Shown here: in pieces, positions 41,153-49,337 of the stretch
How the letters are laid out: each line of letters begins with the position of its first letter
Numbering within the stretch: position 1 is the first letter of the stretch
Source of the DNA: an uncultured Clostridia bacterium
GTDB lineage: Bacteria; Bacillota; Clostridia; TANB77; CAG-508
NCBI GenBank assembly: GCA_934149165.1
Contig: CAKPDY010000003.1
Location: forward strand, 24,228-88,227
DNA length: 64,000 bases
Reading direction: 5' to 3'
Notes under the pieces: generated by a model
Database searches by the model: none
The model's input: only the letters and a program-made list of their open reading frames with translations
Told to the model about the DNA's origin: nothing
Position numbers and translations under genes: made by a program

Positions 41153-42211
41153 TTAATCATTCACAATCCATTCGCCATTCTTTTTACTGTTCTTTCTTCC
41201 TATCAATCCTTTATTCTGCATTTCTGACATATAGCTTTTTACTGTTCTTACTGATTTATTAATCTTTGTTGCTATTTCTTCTTGTGTTGCCCTAGGATTT
41301 TCTTTTACTATATTTATAATTGCCTGTTCTTCTAATGTTTGATTACTTGATTTTATCTCATTTTGATTTTCTTCTTGAACATAATCAATATGTGCATATC
41401 TATTTTTTAATTCATATTTATTTCCTGTAAGTAGGTTATAAAAAAATTTTTCTAAAAATGATGTATCTTCAAATACATTCTTTTCAAAATTTTTATAGTT
41501 TGCTCTTACTAATGAATTTCTAAAATACCATGAATTATCTGCAAATACTTCATCGTTGATATTAAATCCGAATGTTCTTAAATACTTAATTATAAATACT
41601 GCTATTGTTCTTGTATTTCCTTCACAGAATGGATGTACTTGCCATATATTTGATGTGAATCTGCATAAATGCTTAATTGATTCATCCAAACTTAAATCTT
41701 TATATGAGAAGTTCTTTTCCTGCTCAAAATCATATTCAATAGTTTCTTTTATCGTTTCATATGGTGCATATATTACTGTATCTCCATTTAGTACCCATTC
41801 TCTTTTTGTAAAATTATAATTTCTGTATACTCCTGCTCCATCAAATATATCTTTAAATAATCTTTTATGAATATTTAGTAATTCTGTTGGAGCAAAATTA
41901 AATGCATTTTCACTTAGTAATTCTGCGATTCTAACTGCCACCTTATCTGCTTCTTCATTTTCTTTTTCAAAATTTTTTCTGTTTCCTTGAACTTCATAAT
42001 ATTCATCTATTCTTGTTTTAACTTCTTTTATATCTATATTTCCTTCAATGTGTTCTTTAGCCTGTTTAATTAAGTATTTTGAAGGTTTAAGTCCATCTAC
42101 TTCTTGCAAACCAATTGCTGTTTCCCATATTTTTGTTTTCTCTACTTTGTTAGGTTCACCTTGCTTTATATATTCTGATAATTCTAAATTCCAGTCTTTT
42201 TCCTTATCCAT
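41153..42211 (-). CDS. Fic-family protein with C-terminal winged-helix domain
   Basis: HPFCEGNTRTIAVF is a Fic motif variant of HxFx(D/E)GNGRxxR. The C-terminal region RATQEEIATKINKSVRTVKSYMSEMQNKGLI is an HTH. Confidence 0.85.
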   Translation of the reverse strand: MDKEKDWNLELSEYIKQGEPNKVEKTKIWETAIGLQEVDGLKPSKYLIKQAKEHIEGNIDIKEVKTRIDEYYEVQGNRKNFEKENEEADKVAVRIAELLSENAFNFAPTELLNIHKRLFKDIFDGAGVYRNYNFTKREWVLNGDTVIYAPYETIKETIEYDFEQEKNFSYKDLSLDESIKHLCRFTSNIWQVHPFCEGNTRTIAVFIIKYLRTFGFNINDEVFADNSWYFRNSLVRANYKNFEKNVFEDTSFLEKFFYNLLTGNKYELKNRYAHIDYVQEENQNEIKSSNQTLEEQAIINIVKENPRATQEEIATKINKSVRTVKSYMSEMQNKGLIGRKNSKKNGEWIVND

Positions 42212-42266
42212 AAATTGCCTCCTACATATATTATTATATCATTTCTTATATATTAAATCAATATTT

Positions 42267-42287
42267 ATAGTGCAAATTTTGCACTAT
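42267..42287. promoter_or_regulatory. Palindrome in the Fic promoter region
   Basis: ATAGTGCAAA-T-TTTGCACTAT, 10-bp perfect arms, about 55 nt upstream of the Fic start. Confidence 0.4.
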
Positions 42288-42431
42288 ATTTTTTGTGTTT
42301 TTGCACTTTAATTTATAGCAATTGTGCTTTAAATTTTTACTGTTTTTTCAATTTCAAAAACTTTCGGTGATTTTTCGCCACTTTTTTAGGGAAATAAATA
42401 AATTAAGGGAATTTGAATTTCTTGATAATTC

Positions 42432-42476
42432 GGGTTGCGGGGGTAAGACTGGAACTATTGACCTTCGGGTTATGAG
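42432..42476 (-). other. Degenerate 3' half of tRNA-fMet (putative att remnant)
   Basis: The minus strand reads CTCATAACCCGAAGGTC-AATAGTTCCAGTCTTAC-CCCCGCAACC. The anticodon-loop/variable segment and the acceptor 3' strand match bacterial initiator tRNA exactly. The T arm is scrambled and no 5' half is present. Confidence 0.55.
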
Positions 42477-42595
42477 CGAGGTTTGACGCATTTTTGTAGT
42501 TTTGTGAAAATTAGAGTTTTTGTTGGTATTTCAGCATTTACAAGAGTTTTAGTTTACAGAACATTTGTGCATTTTTAGGGCATTTTTGGAGAAGA

Positions 42596-42617
42596 TTTTA
42601 CCCAATTTTTACCCAAT
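42596..42617 (+). repeat. Tandem 11-bp direct repeat TTTTACCCAAT x2
   Basis: Read directly at 42596-42606 and 42607-42617, in the non-coding stretch next to the tRNA remnant. Confidence 0.6.
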
Positions 42618-42705
42618 GGGTATGGTACGTTTGTTCTTACAAAATTGGCTCTTGTAAAAGATATTTTTATTGAGAAAAATTTTAATTTTTGGGAGGATTT
42701 AGATT

Positions 42706-42999
42706 ATGAATAATTTAAGAGAGGTTAATGATGATATTTTGAAAGATTGGTTAGAATTTAGAGAGGAAGCTTTGTATTGCACTTTAAGTGCTGAGGACAA
42801 AAAGCATTTTGTTTATTTTGATGAGATTTCTGAAAAAATTTTAAAGAATGTTCCAGAACAAAATAAAAAGTACGTTAAGAAACAACTTGATCTTCTTGAT
42901 GAGAATTTTATGGATTATTTATATTACTGGAATGAGAAATACTATAGAAATGGATTTGTAGATGGAAGTCAGCTAGTTATGGGATGTTTTGATGAATAA
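42706..42999 (+). CDS. Hypothetical protein
   Basis: 97-aa ORF with a GGGAGG RBS and a terminator downstream. No motif recognised. Confidence 0.55.
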   Translation: MNNLREVNDDILKDWLEFREEALYCTLSAEDKKHFVYFDEISEKILKNVPEQNKKYVKKQLDLLDENFMDYLYYWNEKYYRNGFVDGSQLVMGCFDE

Positions 43000-43071
43000 T
43001 ATATTGCATTATTTATAAATCTATAGTATTATAATTTTAACTTAACTACCATGTTGTAGTAAAAGATTCTA

Positions 43072-43112
43072 AAAGCGTTATTGATAGCAACAAATCAATA
43101 ACGCTTTTTGCT
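43072..43112 (+). terminator. Rho-independent terminator
   Basis: AAAAGCGTTATTGAT-loop-ATCAATAACGCTTTTT. Confidence 0.65.
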
Positions 43113-43184
43113 TTATGCTTATAATCTTAAAGTGCAATTTTTGAACTTTAAGATACAAAAATTGCACTTTGAAATTATATGTTT

Positions 43185-43458
43185 TTAAAATAAGTCTGAA
43201 TGTGAACCTGTTCTATATGCTGTTAATACTAATTCACCTTTATCTATTTTATAAATTAAAAGCCAATCAGGTTGTATATGACATTCTCTGTATCCGTTTA
43301 TATTCTCCTGCCAAATAATGGTCTTTATACTTTTCAGGCAATGTTTGTTCGTTAGCAAGCATATCAACAACTTCTTGTAATAGTTTTAGATTAAGACCTC
43401 TCTTTTTTATTAATTTATAATCTTTTTTAAATAAATTAGTATATTTTACTGTTAACAA
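43185..43458 (-). pseudogene. yafQ: YafQ/RelE-family toxin gene interrupted by a +1 frameshift
   Basis: ORF 43267..43491 gives LTVKYTNLFKKDYKLIKKRGLNLKLL...DHYLAGEYK and ORF 43185..43370 gives GYRECHIQPDWLLIYKIDKGELVLTAYRTGSHSDLF. The two join cleanly if one base at about 43296 is removed. Confidence 0.75.
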
Positions 43459-43463
43459 ATTTA

Positions 43464-43730
43464 TCAATCCTCTTTCTCTAAATCTTTCCACATTTCATCT
43501 AAATTAGTATATCCTTTGCTTAATCCTATTCCCTTTTCTGCATCTTCAATAGCTTTTATAGTTTCTGCATTTAGTTTTGGTACTTTTATTTCAAATGGAA
43601 TGCTTTCAGTTAAGATTATTTGTCTTAATAACATATTGATAACATTTGTAAAATTTGTTCCAAGATAATCAAGAGTCTCTTTAGCTTGTTCTTTTATTTT
43701 TTCATCTACATTAACATTAATTGTAGCCAT
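43464..43730 (-). CDS. dinJ: DinJ/RelB-family antitoxin
   Basis: MATINVNVDEKIKEQAKETLDYLGTNFTNVINMLLRQI is the ribbon-helix-helix DinJ pattern. Lies directly upstream of the toxin. Confidence 0.8.
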   Translation of the reverse strand: MATINVNVDEKIKEQAKETLDYLGTNFTNVINMLLRQIILTESIPFEIKVPKLNAETIKAIEDAEKGIGLSKGYTNLDEMWKDLEKED

Positions 43731-43743
43731 AATATCACCTCCA

Positions 43744-43800
43744 TGATATATTATATGTATATTATAGCATATTATGCGTATATTATCAATATATTATATG
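43744..43800. promoter_or_regulatory. Reiterated TATATTAT boxes upstream of dinJ (possible operator)
   Basis: At least four copies of (G)TATATTAT within 55 nt, immediately upstream of the antitoxin start. Confidence 0.35.
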
Positions 43801-43816
43801 TATTTTTTTGTATTTT

Positions 43817-44584
43817 TTATTCAAATATGCTTTTAAACTCTAAAGGTATTATATCTTCATATAATAAAACATATTTATCATTTACTTGTTTATTATCATG
43901 ATAATGTCCGAAATACCATTTCTTGAAATTTAATTTTTCTGATATTTCTTGTAAATAATCAGTTAAATAATCCTTTTTATATGTTCCTCCACCAAGTAGT
44001 GCTTGAATATTTGTTGGGCAACAATGAGAAATTACATAGTCAACTTTATAATTTACTTTTTCTAGATTATTTATACCATTTTTCATTTCTTCTTCAGTTG
44101 GTAATTCTAAATCCCACCATGAAAAATCTCTTATTCTAAAATATGCTCCTCTTTTTCGATATTCATATATTCTTTCTTCTTCGTCTAAGTTTAATATTCC
44201 ATCTTGAATATCATGAGATTTAGCACCACCAAATGCAAAGAATTTTTTTCCATCAATATCAAATATTTCTCCACGCATCAGATGTAATACTGAATCTCTG
44301 ATTTTATGTACTTTTCCACCATGCCATTCTTCTACTGGATATTCATTATATAATCTTGTATAGTTTTCGTGATTTCCATCAACAAATAAAGTAGTAAAAT
44401 TTTTATTATTCAACCAATCTAATACTTCTTTTTCTCTGCTGCTTTCTTCTTCAAATGTCCATACACCACCAAAATCACCACATATTATCACATAGTCATT
44501 CTTTGTCATTTCGGCTTGTATTGGAAATTGGTCTTCAGTAAATCTTATAAAATCCGAATGGGTGTCACCTGTAATATAAATCAT
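43817..44584 (-). CDS. Calcineurin-like metallophosphoesterase
   Basis: GDTHS, CGDFGG, GNHENY and SHCCP motifs in canonical order. Confidence 0.8.
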   Translation of the reverse strand: MIYITGDTHSDFIRFTEDQFPIQAEMTKNDYVIICGDFGGVWTFEEESSREKEVLDWLNNKNFTTLFVDGNHENYTRLYNEYPVEEWHGGKVHKIRDSVLHLMRGEIFDIDGKKFFAFGGAKSHDIQDGILNLDEEERIYEYRKRGAYFRIRDFSWWDLELPTEEEMKNGINNLEKVNYKVDYVISHCCPTNIQALLGGGTYKKDYLTDYLQEISEKLNFKKWYFGHYHDNKQVNDKYVLLYEDIIPLEFKSIFE

Positions 44585-44618
44585 ATATTTACCTCATTTC
44601 TTTGATAATTATTTTATC

Positions 44619-47600
44619 TTAATGTATTCTAAACTCATCAAGAAGTACTCCTGCTTTTTCATAATTTAATTCTATTAATATCTTTAAAACATTTTCATAT
44701 GCTTCTATAAAATCATTATCGCCCTTTATTTCATCACTAAAATCAACAAAAGCTTTAGTAATAATTCTATCTATAATTATTTTTGTATCACCATCAAATT
44801 TATCTTTTAAATTATCTTTATTATAATCCAATATCTCTTTAACAGCTATCATAATTTCAGGCAACACTTCATCTATCTTTAGCAAATAAATTGTCCTCAT
44901 TGAATCTTTTATATCATATTTTCCATATTTTCCAAGCTGTGTATTTAGAAATATTTTGTCCATATATTCATAATGTGTTTTTATTTCATTAGGCGTCCAT
45001 CTATCATGTTTTCTTGGAGATAAATATAAACATTTACACAATTCTTGTCTTAAATAATCAAAAGTAATATTCTCAATTTTTAATTCAATATATTTTATTT
45101 TTTCTTCAATATTTGATCTTAAGACTCTATTATTATAAGCATCAACGTAATATGCACTAAAACAATTTAAAATATCTTCATAAAACTCAATAGAGTCCTT
45201 TTTTAAATTAGAAAAATCCATATCGTCAAATAACAAATCAATAATTTTTTTATAGTTACCTTCATCGTGCATCAATTCTCTTTCAAATAAACTTACAATA
45301 TCATAAATTTCATACACATCTATAATATCATGTTTAAATGAATTTGAATCATCATTTTTTATATCTATAATTGTCTTTATTATTTCTTTTATAACTTTAC
45401 AAAATAAATCATCTTCAAATTTTTTACCACAATTAGCTACATAGCATAAATTTTTTATATCATAGTCATTGATGCAAAACTCTCCTATGTCTAAGTCTTT
45501 CTCTAAATATAAATATTTTTCTATTATTCGTTTTTTACAACTCTTGTATAAATCTGATTTTTCTTGTTTTATATAGACATCTACTCCATCTAATCTAGGA
45601 ACTCTATTGGGAGCAAATATATAAGTATTATCTCTATGTTTAATATAATATTTAGCATTATACATCTGATGTTTCATTTCATCTTCTGATAATTTTACAA
45701 TTGTATTAAATAATATATTTGATAATTTACTATCATCTTGCAAATACTTTATCAGCTCTCTTCTAATATTGTTAATAATTCCATCATTTCCATTTGAATT
45801 AATAATGTCTAAAACTATAAGTTTTATCTTGTTTTTTATTTTTAAAGAAATGTCTGAATATAATTGCTCTATTAATTTAGGAATCAATACAGGTTCAAAT
45901 ATAAAGCTCTTATTTCTAAAAATTTGCCTTATTCCATCAATCCAATACATACAATAACTATTTCTTTTTTCAACAGGCACATTATCTTGAGTTAATACTT
46001 TTGATATTAACCCAATAATTACTGATTCAAGTCCAATTGATTCGGAATAATTATTATTTTTTAATTCTGTAAATTCATCAATAACACTTATCAATAACTG
46101 AGTGCACTCTTTTTCTTCTTTTAAATTGTCCATGCATTTTTTTAATTTTAATATCATGTCATCATTTATTAAATGCTTTTTTTCATGTTCTTCAACTACT
46201 TTTTTGGCTTCTCCTGTAATATTAGACTCAATACTAAAAACATTTTCATTCAATTGTTTTATCTCAGCATTTCTAAAGTCCATTTTTTGAATCTGAAGAT
46301 ACTTAGTTGCATTTTCTTTATCATTACTAACAATAGAATATAGATAATCTAATATTTTATAGCATTTTTCTTTTATTTTTAAATTTCCATTTATTTGTAT
46401 ATCTTGCACATATTGTTCTATACTAACACCACATTTTGAATCTTTTAAATATCTTTCTCTTAATTTTGGAATTCCCACTTTTAAAAGTATTTGTTTTTTT
46501 AACATTTCTAATTGTGGATTTGTTTTATACATTGTAAATCTATGAAAATCCCATTCCACAATATCAATACTAGAAATCAAATCAACTGCATAACCAGGAA
46601 ACTCATTTTGATAATGCAACCCGATATTTTCTATTATTGTTAATAATATGATATTATTTGATTTTTTATAAATAATATCTTTTACATATTCTAAAAATTT
46701 GAATACATTCTTGCTCGATATATTTCGATCAATGTAATTAATCATTGCTTCTTTAATATTATAAACAATATCACTTAATAGTGTATGAACATGATGTTCT
46801 TCAGCACATCCTATCCACATATCAGGATTTCCATAATATTCTCTTTCTAAATAATTTTCATCAACAAAAATCAATTTTATCTTTTTTACTCTTTCTGGAC
46901 AATTCTGAATATAATTCTCAATACATTCATTTACAAAATTTATTGCCCATTCAACCCCAAAATAAAAATTATTTCTAAACAAATTCCATAGAAAAATATT
47001 ATCATTAATGCTAGAATATGAATAATCATAATCATCACTTAATCCGTATAAATCATTTTCTCTAGGATAAATTCCTTTATCTTCGTTATCTTCTTTCCAT
47101 ATTAAAACTGCCATATTGCACAATCTTTCTGTAAGATTGACTGTAAGCTGTGGCCATGAATTTTTTATTACAAATTCGATAATTATTTCTGCTATTCTTT
47201 TCTTATCTCTATCAGTACTATTATAATTATTAATTAAATTATCAAAAAATCGTTCTATCCATTCTTTACAATAATTTGATAGTTTAAAAGTAACAATTAA
47301 GCAATCACTTATTTCATCTAATATATTAAATGAGCTATTTTCCATAGATTTTTCAATATAATATTTCATAATTTCACATGCTTTTTTAGAAATATTCTCA
47401 TCTTTTTTCTTTTGTGTTGTATAATCTAAACATAATTTAATAATTTTACTTTTATCTATATTATTTTTAAATATATTATTTTTTTCTATAATATTTATTA
47501 TATTTGATCTTCCTACTCCTACTGGTACAAGTTGCACGTCATACCATTGATCATAGTTTATAATTTTGGCACCATATGCATATAAATTGGTAACATCAAT

Positions 47601-49334
47601 AAATTCTATTAATAATTTATTTCTTATGATTTCAATCTCATTCTCTTCAAAAAAAGAAGTACTATAATCTGATTTTACAATTCCTATTTCCGTTTGTTTT
47701 TTCCATTCTTCAGATATTTTATTATAAAATATTAAATTATATATAAACTTGTTTCTATTATCTTTAGCTAATAATTTATTAGCCATCCATATTTGATATC
47801 TTCGATAAACGCATCTTCCTATTTTATCTATATCTTTATAAAAGTTCTCATATTTGCCTTTACACTCATTAAATAATTTATCAAAATAGTTTTCGAAACA
47901 AATATCTTCATATATATCATATTTTAACCTTATACCTTCTGAATTAGATATAATAATTCCTTCAGTAATCAAAGCATTTACAATATTTGCATCAAGCTCA
48001 TTTTTATTTATCCCTAATGTGAAATTTTTTGCTCTATCAAATGCAATTTTATTTATTGTTTTCTCTATTTCATTAATTTTTATATCGTACTTTTTTTGTT
48101 TATCTTTTAAGCAAATAATATTATCCCATATATATTCTCTAAACTTATTTATATCAGTTATCTCATCTATATCTATTGCTTCTTTTATAATTATATTTAT
48201 ATAGAATGGCGTTTTTAATAAATCTGAATATTTTTCATTTTCAGACATCTTCTTTAAAATAGAATATTTATTTTTTAATAAGTCTAATTCCTTTTTATTA
48301 ATTTCACTAACATCATAAGACACTATGCTATACTTTGATTCTAGTTTTATAAAAGCATTTTTATCGCTTGTCCTGCATGATGTTATAATATATGCATTTT
48401 CATATTTTTGAACCATATTGTATAGAGAATCTAACAAATCTAATTTTGTTTTAGGTGCATCAGCAATAAATTCTAAAGCGTCGATTAAAAAAACTATTTT
48501 TTTACCATTAAGACATTCTATAATCTTTCTAATATCTAAATTCCATATTTTATCTATATCATTCTCCTCTAAAAATCTCTCTGCACGTGCATACAAAACT
48601 ATATCTTCATTTTCAATGCATTTTTTGCAAATTACAGTTTTTCCTACACCTTCTCTTCCTTGTATTGAAATAAACCTATAATTATCATTTTTTATTCTAT
48701 CTACCAATTCTTTCCTATCAATTTCATACTCACTATTAATTTTCGTTTCTATATTATTAATTCCTACATTTTTACTAATATCAAGTGCTTCTTCAAGCTT
48801 TCTTATACATTCATTATAATTTTCTACATCATTCTTCATTAAATCATATAATTGTTCTTGAAAATTCAAATCCGTTTGCGCTCTATTTATAATATCTTCA
48901 GTTGTAATCAAGTTCTTTTCCTTTATAAATGAAATATTTCCAATTTGATTTTGCCCAGTATAATCTTTAACATTGTTTACACTATCATTATGTAATACAA
49001 AAAAATATGCACTATTAATTTTCTCAAATCTATTAGTTTTATCATCTCTAATATTCTCTAACGTTTTCTTTATTTTTTGATGTACATCTCTTGTAGTGCT
49101 TACTTGCACATAAATACTTTTATCTTCAGATATTAAATCAAAATATGGAAAATTACAAATATTATTTAAGTTGTGAAAATCCATATTATAATATAATTTG
49201 CAAACTTGTTCTGCAAATAGTTCAAACATTTTTGCATTATCTAATAATCCATTTTTGTTTGCCAATTCAATCTTTTGTTTATATACAGATAAATACTCTA
49301 TGATATATTTCATTCTATCATCAGAATACAACAT
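44619..49334 (-). CDS. 1571-aa STAND (NACHT-like) NTPase with SMEK-like N-terminal domain and ~1200-aa helical C-terminal region
   Basis: The N-terminal ~130 aa (NFPYFDLISEDKSIYVQVSTTRDVHQKIKKT) resemble the SMEK domain as I remember it. Walker A GREGVGKT (aa 226-233), Walker B IVFLIDALEF (~285) and IITSCR (~318) have NACHT-like spacing. The rest shows no recognisable motif. Confidence 0.65.
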   Translation of the reverse strand: MLYSDDRMKYIIEYLSVYKQKIELANKNGLLDNAKMFELFAEQVCKLYYNMDFHNLNNICNFPYFDLISEDKSIYVQVSTTRDVHQKIKKTLENIRDDKTNRFEKINSAYFFVLHNDSVNNVKDYTGQNQIGNISFIKEKNLITTEDIINRAQTDLNFQEQLYDLMKNDVENYNECIRKLEEALDISKNVGINNIETKINSEYEIDRKELVDRIKNDNYRFISIQGREGVGKTVICKKCIENEDIVLYARAERFLEENDIDKIWNLDIRKIIECLNGKKIVFLIDALEFIADAPKTKLDLLDSLYNMVQKYENAYIITSCRTSDKNAFIKLESKYSIVSYDVSEINKKELDLLKNKYSILKKMSENEKYSDLLKTPFYINIIIKEAIDIDEITDINKFREYIWDNIICLKDKQKKYDIKINEIEKTINKIAFDRAKNFTLGINKNELDANIVNALITEGIIISNSEGIRLKYDIYEDICFENYFDKLFNECKGKYENFYKDIDKIGRCVYRRYQIWMANKLLAKDNRNKFIYNLIFYNKISEEWKKQTEIGIVKSDYSTSFFEENEIEIIRNKLLIEFIDVTNLYAYGAKIINYDQWYDVQLVPVGVGRSNIINIIEKNNIFKNNIDKSKIIKLCLDYTTQKKKDENISKKACEIMKYYIEKSMENSSFNILDEISDCLIVTFKLSNYCKEWIERFFDNLINNYNSTDRDKKRIAEIIIEFVIKNSWPQLTVNLTERLCNMAVLIWKEDNEDKGIYPRENDLYGLSDDYDYSYSSINDNIFLWNLFRNNFYFGVEWAINFVNECIENYIQNCPERVKKIKLIFVDENYLEREYYGNPDMWIGCAEEHHVHTLLSDIVYNIKEAMINYIDRNISSKNVFKFLEYVKDIIYKKSNNIILLTIIENIGLHYQNEFPGYAVDLISSIDIVEWDFHRFTMYKTNPQLEMLKKQILLKVGIPKLRERYLKDSKCGVSIEQYVQDIQINGNLKIKEKCYKILDYLYSIVSNDKENATKYLQIQKMDFRNAEIKQLNENVFSIESNITGEAKKVVEEHEKKHLINDDMILKLKKCMDNLKEEKECTQLLISVIDEFTELKNNNYSESIGLESVIIGLISKVLTQDNVPVEKRNSYCMYWIDGIRQIFRNKSFIFEPVLIPKLIEQLYSDISLKIKNKIKLIVLDIINSNGNDGIINNIRRELIKYLQDDSKLSNILFNTIVKLSEDEMKHQMYNAKYYIKHRDNTYIFAPNRVPRLDGVDVYIKQEKSDLYKSCKKRIIEKYLYLEKDLDIGEFCINDYDIKNLCYVANCGKKFEDDLFCKVIKEIIKTIIDIKNDDSNSFKHDIIDVYEIYDIVSLFERELMHDEGNYKKIIDLLFDDMDFSNLKKDSIEFYEDILNCFSAYYVDAYNNRVLRSNIEEKIKYIELKIENITFDYLRQELCKCLYLSPRKHDRWTPNEIKTHYEYMDKIFLNTQLGKYGKYDIKDSMRTIYLLKIDEVLPEIMIAVKEILDYNKDNLKDKFDGDTKIIIDRIITKAFVDFSDEIKGDNDFIEAYENVLKILIELNYEKAGVLLDEFRIH

Positions 49335-49337
49335 ATC

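Noticed and set aside
42432-42476. Functional tRNA gene
   Set aside because: Only the 3' part is present, the T stem cannot pair, and there is no D arm or 5' acceptor strand. It is treated as an att remnant instead.
43129-43170. Inverted repeat AAAGTGCAATTTTT / AAAAATTGCACTTT, sharing GTGCAA-TTT with the Fic palindrome, considered as a common operator
   Set aside because: It lies downstream of the yafQ stop, where a transcript-end hairpin is expected. The shared 6-8 nt is too short to separate from chance in AT-rich DNA.
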